Below, piece by piece: positions 11,032-21,531 of a stretch of DNA of 32,000 nucleotides. Where the stretch lies: NCBI RefSeq assembly GCF_000400465.1, contig NW_008806289.1:180001-212000 (forward strand), given 5' to 3'. The DNA is from Wallemia ichthyophaga EXF-994 (taxonomy: Eukaryota; Fungi; Basidiomycota). The position numbers were made by a program, and so were the translations under genes. The notes under the pieces are model-generated. The model was not told the origin of the DNA and searched no databases. It saw nothing but the letters and a program-made list of their open reading frames with translations. The first letter of the stretch is position 1. Each line of letters begins with the position of its first letter.

Positions 11032-12133
11032 TTAGCGATAGTAGTTATTTGCGTACGGTTTGAGTGATGACCATAATCCTGAAACAGCCTCAGACAATTC
11101 TTCGGGTAAAGGTCCTTTGTCTAGGTCATCGAGGTTCGATTTGATGTGCTTAACGGAAGATGCACCGATGATGATAGTGTCACCATGCTCTCTCTTGAGC
11201 AAACTGTGATTAGTCAACCATCTCAAAGCGATTTCGGCTTGAGTGAGGGAATACTTGGATGCTAATTCACTGAATTGGTCCAAGACCCTGAAATAACCTT
11301 CGTTAAAATATCTAAGTTGCATGTTAAAAGTAACGTCAAAAGCTTCACATTATCTTACCTGGCCCTGTACATTTTACCCTGGTGACGATTTTCATCAAAA
11401 CGACTGCCTTCATCTACGGGTTGATCAGGCTTGACAGCTCCTGTGAGAAGACCACCAGCAAGCTTCATAATGTTAATGATATCAAAAGCAAGAGATGAAC
11501 ACGCACTGGATTATAAGCGTAAAATCCAATGCCGAATTTGCGCAAAGCAGGGAACAATTCAGGCTCAACAGCTCTATGAATAGCAGAGTAAACACCTTGA
11601 TAGACAGCAGGTTTAATTAAATTGTGCACACGGGCAAGTGTCGCGATCTCAGCGACCTCCCAACTAGCGTAATTAGACAAGCCGAGTTTCTCAAACTTTC
11701 CTGCCTTGTATTGAGTATCTAATGCTTTGAGAGTGTCTAAGAAGTCTGTACTTCTGTCTGGGGCATGAAGATACCAAATTTTGAGCTTATTGACACCCAA
11801 ATTCTTGAGAGATGTGTCAATCTCCTCTTCTATGTCTTGCGCTGTGTGTTTGACACTAGATTTACCACCTGAGAGAGCATTAGAGCTCTGATCGAATGGA
11901 AAAATCTTGGATGACAAATCGTACTTGTTGGAAGCTTGCAAGTGTCCGAGATACTCTTCAGAAGTACCACCGCCATACATTCTAGCAGTATCAATTTCCT
12001 TGTGTCCGTGCTGGCCAAATATATCGATAATTTCCTGGACGGTTTCGTAATCGTGAACTCTGGCCTGCTCTTTGCCTTGTTGACCAAAGGTCATTGCGCC
12101 GAGAACGACTGGTAAAGCTGACTTTTCCGACAT
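11032..12133 (-). CDS. Aldo-keto reductase, AKR7 / aflatoxin B1 aldehyde reductase-like
   Basis: LGAMTFG, IDTARMYGGG, YLHAPD, GLSNY and YQGVYSA motifs, then YNPLAGGLLT after intron 11506-11463. Second intron 11358-11312. Confidence 0.92.
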
Positions 12134-12243
12134 TCAGATTCCGATTAAGCAGATGGAGATGATGATGGTAAAGATAAAGGGGTAATCACAGGTGACGCCA
12201 TAACAATTTTGAGTGAATGTAATAATTTATAGTAAAAGTACAA

Positions 12244-13418
12244 TTAAGCTGCAGGCTTCTTTTTACTCCTACCCCACTTGACGCTTACAGGTTCGTTGCT
12301 AACGGTAAGGCCATTCTTTGAAATGGTTAGGGCTGCGGCTTCTGCTGCTTGCCTCGAAGTGAAATTGACAAAGCTGACTTTAGAGGTGGGGACTACGGTT
12401 GCTGACTTTATAGAATCAGCTGAGCCTCCAAATGCAGATCTCAGTTGATTTTCTGTAGTGCCTTCGGGTAGCTGAGAGCAGTACAGTGATAGCTGTGGTT
12501 GTTAGGTGAAATCCATCATAAAAGTAGACTGTAACGCACAATTTCAGGATCATCAGGCTTTTTTAAATCCAATTTAACATTCTTAATTGGGGGTGTAACC
12601 GGTGATGTAATTTGAGATAGTGATTGATTGTGATTTGAGGTAGAATTCTGATTCTTAGTTGGCTTGTAGTATGGTTCGTTCTTTGCAAGATCTTTAAGTA
12701 TTTTCTTTCCTGCGTTCTCTGCTCTCCCCAAGCCACCATCGACCATAGTAGAGTTGCCTTTGAGCTGAAAGGAGTGAGAAGGGATAGTCAAGTGGATATA
12801 AGACACACCTTATCCTCTTGATTCTGTGCAAAGTATTGTCTATTCAAATTATCAGTTGGAGCTTTTGATTGGATACCGAGTGCAGCATCACGGAGGTGAA
12901 CGGGTATTTTGTAAGTCTGAAAAGAGTAAGAGTGACTTGTAGCGGTTGATAGTGTAACTCACTAAATCTAGAATACAAGTTTGACAGCAGTGCTTCATCT
13001 TTGCGCATGTGTTACAGATTTCTGTCTTCTTGTATCTAGTACCAGCACCAGGGCACCAACTGAATAAAGTGAAAGGACGAACGCAGATTTTGCATTCTTT
13101 ACCGAAAGCTCTCTTTTGCATTCTAACGAAGCTAATTGAGTGGGTTAGAGGAGAGTATGTGTATGGTGAGTACTAACGGATTTGGGCCTAGACCTGAAAG
13201 GGGATTTTAAGCATAAAACAGTAAAACGATAAAGGAACTTACAATCATCGCAAAGGATTGGAAATTCTGACTAAGTGTTTCATTAGAAAGTGAGTTTAAG
13301 TTGAGAGCAGCGCACTTCTTCCCAACCAGATGCATTAACGTCTCTCTGTAGATGATAATGTTAGCATGAATAGAATATTTTTACACATGTTCCTTACTTT
13401 TGGACCATAGGAGGACAT
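12244..13418 (-). CDS. SLT11: Pre-mRNA splicing factor Slt11/Ecm2/RBM22
   Basis: Spliced N-terminus [48 protein letters not shown]..., then [29 protein letters not shown] and NRQYFAQN, with a C-terminal RRM ending VKWGRS. Seven short introns with canonical ends. Confidence 0.92.
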
Positions 13419-13895
13419 TATGAGTGTATATGATAGAGAAGTGTGTTTTATTCAAAGGGATATAAATTATTGTACATGAATATCGTTTTATTTACACTTC
13501 CTATAAGAATATCCGTTAGCAACTTCTAAACAACTTCAACCAATCGACTTTTCAGTTAATTCTCAATTTAGCCAAAGTTATCCGCATATGCTTTAGCGCT
13601 AGGCAGGGGATGAAACATATAAAATAGCTTATTTCATCCTTTAAAGTCTAAATTGGTTGTACACTCTCACTCACATTAGGTATCGTGAATACAAGGGTGA
13701 AATCCTACTCGATCTCATTTTTGAGTCCAAGAAAATTTTCATATTAAAATAAATAATAATCATCATCATATAAATTCGTTAGTTGATATTAAAATGCTTA
13801 GTGGTATAGTTATTCTTCGCGTAGACGTTTATAGTCAACGCTAAAGTTATCCAACGACGACAACTCCTTGTTTCTCTGCTTTAATTGCATGAGTC

Positions 13896-14174
13896 TCATC
13901 GAAGAATGTTGTCGTATGACTTGAAACATGATCTGAGCTGTTTTCTCCTATTAAAAAGACGAATGAAAGACTCACCCACTCCTGACGAAATGCCTTGCTT
14001 TATCGTAGCTATGAAATGCATACCAGCGTGCACCTGGATACTCCCTCACTTGGTAAAGTGCTTTCTCACTTTGAAATCATCTTAGTAGACTAGATATACC
14101 ATTCATATCACTCACAGTCCGGGATATATTCCATTTTGCCTGCCTTTGTGAACTGCGTAGAAAACTATTTCCAT
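13896..14174 (-). CDS. Stand-alone RNase H1 N-terminal hybrid-binding domain (Cauli_VI-type) microprotein, 51-80 aa depending on 3' splicing
   Basis: Exon 1 14174-14116, intron 14115-14069 (47 nt, GTGAGT...CTAAG...AAG), exon 2 14068-13976. Protein is MEIVFYAVHKGRQNGIYPGLEKALYQVREYPGARWYAFHSYDKARHFVRSG, an ungapped match to the FYAVxxGR..G(V/I)(Y/F)..W......V..(F/Y)PGA....F....A..F pattern. A second GTGAGT donor at 13975 gives stops at 13972 (unspliced), 13896 (43-nt intron) or 13847 (38-nt intron). Confidence 0.8.
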
Positions 14175-14307
14175 GAATACTGTTTTTGTCAAGTGACAGT
14201 TGCGGTTTAACGCCGCACCGCGTTTTTATCAACAGCAGCGTCATTTATGCACAATGACTGAATGTCCCCTTTCTGATATCTTATCTTTAAGTAGATCAAT
14301 GTTGATA

Positions 14308-14361
14308 TTCTTATTATTCTTATTATTCTTATCATTATTATCAATCTTATCATTCTTATTC
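14308..14361 (+). repeat. Imperfect 9-bp tandem repeat, 6 copies, consensus TTCTTATYA
   Basis: ttcttatta ttcttatta ttcttatca ttattatca atcttatca ttcttattc read directly, between the HBD gene and RFA2. Confidence 0.8.
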
Positions 14362-14496
14362 AACTTTCTATATGTCTTGATTTAGCTGCGAAATCAGATA
14401 AAACACAACTATACGTATACTTTTAATTACATTCTTCTAATTTTCTCATCAAATATCACCATTTAATATACATCTACACCTCCTTAACTCACAACC

Positions 14497-14502
14497 ACGC
14501 GT
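14497..14502. promoter_or_regulatory. Possible MCB (ACGCGT) G1/S element upstream of RFA2
   Basis: Exact ACGCGT 8 nt before the RFA2 ATG. RPA genes carry MCBs in yeasts, but this position may fall in the 5' UTR. Confidence 0.3.
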
Positions 14503-14510
14503 GTCCAGAT

Positions 14511-15568
14511 ATGAGTTCGTTACTCTTTTTATTTGACTGATTTGGTTAATTTCATCGACAGGCTACGACGATTACGGCAATTCAAGTAGGCCTTCCTTAC
14601 GCCGACTACTCTCCCTTCTAATCTTCTCCAAAAGACCCTTACTATGAAGATACCGGCGCAGGCGGCGGTGGCTTCTTATCGAATTCACAAGGCGGCGGAT
14701 ACAGCCAAGGAAGTCCTTCTGCCAACGTTAGTCGATTCCACTCACGTTGCTTCTTTTGACTTGAAATTCCCAGAGGAAGGACGATGATACTCTCAGACCA
14801 GTCACAATAAAACAAGTCCTCAACGCTAAGCAGCCTCATGCTGATTTCCCTTTTCAAATCGAAGGCCACGATGTTTCACACGTCAGTTGACTACTCACAC
14901 TCCCCTCCCTTCTCATTCTCTACAGGTTAAACTTGTCGCTCTGGTTAGATCTATTGGCTCACAAACTACGTCAGCCGTCTACTCGTTAGAAGACGCTACT
15001 GGCACTATTGATGTCAGATACTGGAAAGATGTTGAGTCTGAATCTGAAACCCCAGGGAGCGCTCATCAAAATCAATACGTGCGGGTCGTTGGTAGCTTGA
15101 AATCTTTCGCCAATAAGCTCCAAATCACCGCTCAAGTCGTAAAACCAATCACAGACTTCCATGAAATCTTCTACCATAAAGCTGAAGCTTTGGCTGTCAC
15201 TTTACAGCTCCGCAAAGGCACAAATACTCTCATGTCTGAATCAAAACCCTCAGCAACTTACGGTCAACAGAGCTCTTCCGAACCAAACTACATGAAACCA
15301 TATGCTGAGTTCCCACCGCTTCACAAATCCGTCATGAAAGCTATCTATGAAGAGTCAGATAAAAGTCCACAAGGTGTACATGTCGCCCGTATCGCTCAAC
15401 ATTGTCCAAAAGGCGATGAAGCTTTGACCGAAGCTATTGAGTATCTTATTAGTGAGGGTCACTTATTCACTGGGTACGTTACACAAGCTCTTTGCACGCA
15501 ATTTACTTTCTAACTTGCATCATAGCGAGGATGATGAGCACATATTGCCTGTAACCCATGATTCTTAG
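14511..15568 (+). CDS. RFA2: Replication protein A 32 kDa subunit
   Basis: GGGGF N-terminal phosphorylation region, TLRPVTIKQV, OB fold YSLEDATGTIDVRYW...YVRVVGSLKSF and C-terminal winged helix (GVHV...AIEYLISEGHLFT). Five short introns, the first at 14515-14561. Confidence 0.95.
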
Positions 15569-15617
15569 CAAATGCATTTGTAAAACATAATTTATCTAGT
15601 CAACTTGACTTGTAAAC

Positions 15618-17601
15618 CTAATCATCTGAATTGCCTTCATCGACACCTTCGTCAACATTCAATAGTTCAAACGCTGACCTGACGTTTCTGTCAGCAGGTG
15701 CTTCTGACTCTTCTTGTGGCTCTTCAGCCGCACTTTCATCGCTTTCTACCTCGTCATCCTCTTCTTCGGATGTATCATTCTGTGTTTCCGCAACAGAGTT
15801 GTTGTCCACAATGTAAATACCATTAGAATTATCCATCAATTCAATACCATTAGGAAGATATGCCCATTTGAATTGACTGGTTGTTATTTGGCGCAATATA
15901 AAGTTGCTCGCTCGATTCACATCTGGTCGACCAGCTTTAGCGGTCATATATCCTGCTCTGATTGAGTAACGTTCTAGTATCTCAAGGGTTTTCGTATTGC
16001 TATCCTCTCGTCTTGAGGTTCTAACCATACCTTCACGCCAAGTACGTTTATCTTCCTTTTCATCCTTCTGTAACACACTTTCTGGTGCTAAAGGAAGTAT
16101 ATTTTCCAATGGCATGCGCTGCCCAATTTCATACACTATGCGGCTAGGTTGACGTTCTTGCGATATTGGTACCGTTGATCCCAACACCTGCGCCCAGCGC
16201 GGTGTCGTCGATGGCCAAATCAATCCGGGACAATCAGCAAGCCTGACTTTGTTGGCCAAATAGAGCGTTTGAAAGTGCTTGGTTTTACCAGGAGTAGAAC
16301 TGGCTCTCACTTTTGAGCTTCCGAATAAACCGTTAATCACACTGCTTTTACCAACATTAGGCTGTCCGAGCAAACCGATGGTGAGAACGTCATCTTCTGT
16401 ACGTTCATTATTGGCATTTTCATCACCGTGTTCCTGCTCCTGCTCTTCTTCTTGCTCCTCCTGATCATCTGGAGAACCAACCTCCTCAAAAGCAACGTCG
16501 AAACCCTTTCTTTTTGGACCACCTTTCTTGTTTTCGGCTTGAACTCTACCTAACTTTCTGGCTTTGCGCTTTGCAACCTTGCTTGATGAATTCAAGGTAT
16601 CGCCTTGGTCAATATCAGGGTTTGTCGAGGCGTTTGGTTGGTTTGGATGCGCAGTTGTATCTATACGGTCTCTTATCTCCTTTGCTACATCCTCAAAATC
16701 AACATCCGGTACATTCTCACATGCAGACTTGAGTGAAGCGTGTGCAGTCGAGATAGCAGTGAGCAATTCTACCATGCTCTCGGGTTTGATGAATGGCTTA
16801 CGCCTGCCTTTCCCTTGTTCGCCTAAGACAACCTGATATGTGCTCAGCTTGACTATCTGATCAGTAGAGCTGAGTTGAGATTTGAGCCACGCTTCCCAAC
16901 AAGCGGCAGTGTCATCAGGTACCAAATCTACCTTTGTGAAGACATAGATGACTCTTTTATTTTGCTTCTCGGTAAGAAGATCTAAGTGTTTCTTTAATGA
17001 GTTTGTAAAGTGTATTGTAGGCAGACGAATGTCGATCAAAATCAACAAAACTTGAGACATTTCACATGTTCTCCAGCTTTCGTGTGTTAGCGGTTGGTAT
17101 TACTTAAACTTTAAAGTATACTTACAACTGCCTCCAAACTTCTATATTGCGCTCATAGACACCAACGTCCTGCTTTTGCAGCTTATCTAAAGCCTCGTCA
17201 TTGAATTTCAACCATCTCTTAAACTGAATGACTTCGTTAGTCTCTAACTCCTTTTTCGACATGTTGTAATTCCACTTTGGTCTTCTGAAGCAGCTGAGCT
17301 GCTGGTCGTCTGGATCTTGGCTCCAGATTGCGGCGTGAGTCGGTATAGGTCTGTGCCAATACCAACTATCAATCACCTCATTCTGATCGACGTATTCCTG
17401 GTTGGATGATCCCTGCCAAGTAGATTCAAGCTTCTCTGCAGCTTTCTTCTTCTTTCCTAGCTTTGGATCCAGATAAGCAGATCTCGAGAACTTTGGCAAC
17501 TGTGACTTCTTGGATATTTCAACATCCTCGCCTCTGTTCTGTGCCCTTTGCAATTTAAGTTTCTCGCTTTTCGCCTTGGCAGATTGTGGTGTACGCCTCA
17601 T
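15618..17601 (-). CDS. Circularly permuted large GTPase, GNL1/HSR1-like
   Basis: RRPKWNYNMSKKELETNE and YERNIEVWRQ, one intron near 17124-17077, then G4 (TKVD), G1 (GQPNVGKSS), G2 (TPGKTKHFQT) and G3 (DCPG) in permuted order. Confidence 0.92.
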
Positions 17602-17641
17602 TGTTAGCCAACAAGAATGATTTCACATGTTGGAGTGAACG

Positions 17642-19230
17642 ATGATCAGGAGTGCTTTCAAACGGCTGCTGGTCAAGCCAAATCTTAATCTAAACACTAG
17701 CAAGCAGCTCATTAGCATCAGGAAACCAACGCGCTTAGGCACAGACCAAGGAATAAACTTCCAACAACTCGATTGGCATAACAAGATCAAGCAAGAAATA
17801 AGCCATGTTTCTACGGATGTCATGGAATATACAAATGACAAGTTGTCCATAAATGAGGCTGACGGTTTCGAGGATAGTAGGAAACTGGTTCATGCGAATC
17901 GTCAGCTAGACGGTGTCAGATGGGTCAATGTTGAAGGCAGGAACTTACATCTATTGCGCGAGCTCGCTTTGAAGTACCAGCTTCATCCTTTGTCCATTGA
18001 GGATACGTTATATGGTGATTGTGCGACACGACCTAAGGCTGAATATTTTAGCAATGCGCTGTTCGTTACCCTACCTTTACATAGCTTGGGTGATACAAAT
18101 GGCAACGAACCTACTCATATGCAAAAGCTTTTCGACAATGCTCGCAAAGCTTCAAAGAAGCCAGAAATTTTTAACGACAAGGGTGAAGTGAGGATTGATG
18201 TACAGCTTTTGTCCTTGTTCTTGCTGAGAGATGGTTGGTTGAACTTTATTGTGGACACGCTGTCACTGATAAGCTCAATCCAGGAACTATCATTAGTATC
18301 TTTGAAAGACCACAGCCAAACGTGCTAGAGCCAGCTATCGCGAGAGTTAGACAGGAGGGAACAGTCGTTCGAGACTCAGCTGATGCATCAATGTTACTCC
18401 AAGCTTTACTCGACGTCGCGGTCGATCATGCAATCAGTGTTGTCGGCGCGCTGGAGAAAAAACTACTTCTGCTTGATCAGCAAGTCTTAGAAGTACCGAC
18501 AATGGAGACTATCAGATCGCTGCACAGACTACGCGGTCAGTTCTTGGAGTTGAAACGCACATTGACACCACTTCACAATTTGATTTACACGTTGAAAGAT
18601 TTAGACGGACAGAAAGCTGCCTTCACCACTGGTCAGCCTGGGAATCCATCAGAAGGGTTTATGAGCTTACAAGCTAGGACATATCTACAAGATGTAGCAG
18701 ACCACGTGTGAGTGGTGATGTTATTAAGTTCAAATGCTGACTGAGTCAACAGAGACTGGATACTCTCAGCATTAGACATGTTTTCGTCTCTTTCGGAGAA
18801 CCTCGTATCGCTCAGCTTCAACAGCAGCAGTTTCAAGCTGAATGAAACGATAAAAACGTTGACGGTGTTTAGTGTGATTTGTATGCCACTCTCACTCATT
18901 TCAAGCTACTTTGGGATGAACTTTGAAAAGTAAGTGACAGTAATGTGTTTTGACTCCGCTAACAAAGGCGAAGGTTCCCATCGCTAGCAAACGATGTCAA
19001 TTAGTAAGTATGTGGTATTTTGAATAGCCCATTTAACCTAGAAGTAGCTTCTGGAAGCTGGCTGTTCTCACATGCGTTGTGACCACAGTCGGGATCTATG
19101 CCCCGCAGCTCAAATCCAAGATGATTGCGCGTAGACTGATGCGCAATAGATCGCTGATGCTAAGAGCTGTGAGTTTGATATAAATGGAATCACACCTTTG
19201 ACCCTGTTTCAGAATCATAATGACATGTAG
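17642..19230 (+). CDS. CorA-like metal transporter with presequence-like N-terminus
   Basis: VRWVNVEG, YQLHPLSIED, YLQDVADH, TLTVFSVICMPLSLISSYFGMNF (GMN motif). Five predicted introns. The stop is at 19183 if the last intron (19169-19212) is not spliced. Confidence 0.85.
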
Positions 19231-19416
19231 TCGGCCAAGTGGATCATATCCGGGGACGATGATTTTAGAAGGAAAAGAAAGGAAAATACCAGTAAAATTA
19301 TTCACTTGGAATTTAATGTATGCCCATAAATATAACGATCATTTTTTGATATTTTTATTAGACTGAGGTGCGAAGGCCTCTGCTCTGAACTCGTTGCAAC
19401 TAAACGTTTATCCAAA

Positions 19417-20512
19417 ATGAGCGAGCAGCAGCAGGACATAGCTCAAAAAATAGCTGCGGCGAGGCATTTGTCTGAGGGCTTAAAGGATAAGATACGTGCT
19501 AAGAAGGAGCAGACGGCGGATAGCACTTGTGGGTGATTCGCACTGCCTTTGAGTGTGCTGACAAGTTATATTTAAAGTGCGAGCCATGGCCGCAGATATA
19601 GAACCACTGCCACGCGTAGTCATGAAACCAAGAAGAACTCTGAAAGGTCACCTCGCAAAGATATACGCAATGCACTGGTCTGCAGATAAAAGGCATTTGG
19701 TTTCAGCTTCACAGGACGGAAAATTAATAATCTGGGACGCTTACACAACTAATAAAGTCCACGCTATACCCTTAAGGTCTTCATGGGTTATGACATGTGC
19801 CTACGCACCTTCAGGCAACTTGGTTGCTTGTGGTGGATTAGATAATATCTGCTCAATTTACAATTTAAGGGGAAGAGACGGTAGCGTGAAAGTGTCCAGG
19901 GAGCTGCAAGCACACACTGGTTACCTCAGTTGCTGTAGATTCCTCAACGACAGACAGATTTTAACCAGTTCAGGCGATATGTCTTGCATGTTATGGGACA
20001 TTGAGTCTGGCGTCAGAATTCAAGAGTTCCACGACCACACTGGGGATGTAATGTCGATCAGTTTAGGTCCAAATCAGAATACTTTCGTTAGTGGTGCATG
20101 TGATGCCACAGCCAAGATTTGGGATATGAGATCAGGTAAAGCTGTACAAACGTTTACTGGTCATGAAAGTGATATTAATGCGGTGCAATTCTTCCCTAAT
20201 GGAGATGCGTTCGCCACAGGCTCAGATGATGCGACATGTCGTTTATTCGACTTACGAGCAGACAGAGAATTGAATCAATACAGTCATGATAATATTTTAT
20301 GCGGGGTAACATCGGTAGGATTCTCCAATAGTGGCAGAATATTATTCGCAGGTTACGACGACTACAACTGCAATGTTTGGGATACACTCAAGGGCGAGAG
20401 AGTTGGCGTGCTTTCTGGACACGAGAACAGGGTCTCGTGTCTGGGAGTGTCTGGGGACGGAATGGCATTATGTACAGGTAGCTGGGACAGCCTTTTGAAG
20501 ATATGGGCGTGA
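19417..20512 (+). CDS. GPB1: Heterotrimeric G protein beta subunit
   Basis: [13 protein letters not shown], seven WD40 repeats, C-terminal [11 protein letters not shown]. Intron 19529-19577. Confidence 0.98.
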
Positions 20513-20642
20513 TAAGATATTGAGTTATAGATACCCTTGAGAAAGAAATAAAATAAAATTAGGTTTACACTCATTAAATTTGATATTTTGATTAAATAAC
20601 AAACTTTATATCTTTAAATGCATTACAAATATAATTTTCGAG

Positions 20643-20999
20643 TTAAACAGACTGAATGAGAGTTATGTTATCGCCTTTGAGGAGAATCCTACCGAGGCTG
20701 CTGTTTGGCTGTGATTGCTTTTTGTTGATGAAAACCTCTTCAACGTCATCGAGGATGAGGTTCATGTATTCGTCGAAACCAATGATACGGCCTTGTAACC
20801 TGCAATCAACGTTATCGTACAGCCAGACAGATACCTTGGTTCGCTGGAGATTTTTAATGTGCATTTCAATGAATAAAGATAGCTCACCTGCTGAAGATAC
20901 TTGAATATAACATTCTGTTGGAATTGTTAGACAGGCATGAGTACCAGGTAGAGGACTGACGATTGGCTGAATCATAACTTGCTGCTTGCGTCCAGACAT
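20643..20999 (-). CDS. SME1: snRNP Sm protein E
   Basis: Spliced [32 protein letters not shown]...[16 protein letters not shown]...[15 protein letters not shown] (88 aa). Introns of 46 and 44 nt. Confidence 0.97.
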   Translation of the reverse strand: MSGRKQQVMIQPIVSPLPGTHACLTIPTECYIQVSSAGELSLFIEMHIKNLQRTKVSVWLYDNVDCRLQGRIIGFDEYMNLILDDVEEVFINKKQSQPNSSLGRILLKGDNITLIQSV

Positions 21000-21069
21000 T
21001 TTGAATTATAAACTAAACCAATTGGTCGTTGCTGTAGAACCTAGAAGCGGTACAATACAAACGACCATC

Positions 21070-21531
21070 ATGGCTTCAAATATTAGAAATCTAAAATCAT
21101 CCAACTCAAACAAATTATCACAGTCTTTTATCCCACAAATCACCAAATTCACTTTGGCTGTCGACGATTTCGCACCTTCCCATGAAGCTTTAAGAAAGTT
21201 TATACAGAGCGATCTAATTGATATCGCCAATAAAAACAAAAACGTAGAATTCATTATACAAGGCGTTGCAAAAGGTGCGAGGGGCTCCTTGGGCGTCGGT
21301 AACGGTGGTTGGATCAAAGGGGAGTACATCAACGGTAGGGATAAAGTAATTGCCACGAATAGGCTAAATCACCAATCTATCAAAACTAAAGTTCAGCTCC
21401 TGATTGATAGCTCCGGAAAGAAGATTGTTCCACTTAAAAATGCTCCAATTGAATCTACAAATCAATCTGTTAGAGGTATCTGGTCCCCATACCATGCAAA
21501 TCAAAATTCATCATCTCACTGGAAAATTTAA
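21070..21531 (+). CDS. MRPL51: Mitochondrial ribosomal protein mL43 (yeast MrpL51)
   Basis: SFIPQ..., IKGEYINGRDKVI, and STNQSVRGIWSPYH C-terminus. Start assigned to the ATG at 21070 rather than the upstream TTG. Confidence 0.9.
   Translation: MASNIRNLKSSNSNKLSQSFIPQITKFTLAVDDFAPSHEALRKFIQSDLIDIANKNKNVEFIIQGVAKGARGSLGVGNGGWIKGEYINGRDKVIATNRLNHQSIKTKVQLLIDSSGKKIVPLKNAPIESTNQSVRGIWSPYHANQNSSSHWKI

Noticed and set aside
13608-13639. 8-bp inverted repeat GGATGAAA...TTTCATCC upstream of SLT11
   Set aside because: It is a single short stem with a 16-nt loop, no target-site duplication and no second copy, so it is not enough to call a MITE or ncRNA.
13885-14385. Plus-strand ORFs 13885-14085 and 14200-14385
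   Set aside because: These are the antisense of the HBD gene and of the 9-bp repeat. The hydrophobic stretch is a repeat artefact.
14370-14450. 45-nt intron-like element (GTAATT...CTGAT...CGCAG) on the minus strand upstream of the HBD gene
   Set aside because: Splicing gives only a 14-aa peptide and cannot join any ATG to the N/K-rich frame or to the HBD frame. At most it is a UTR intron.
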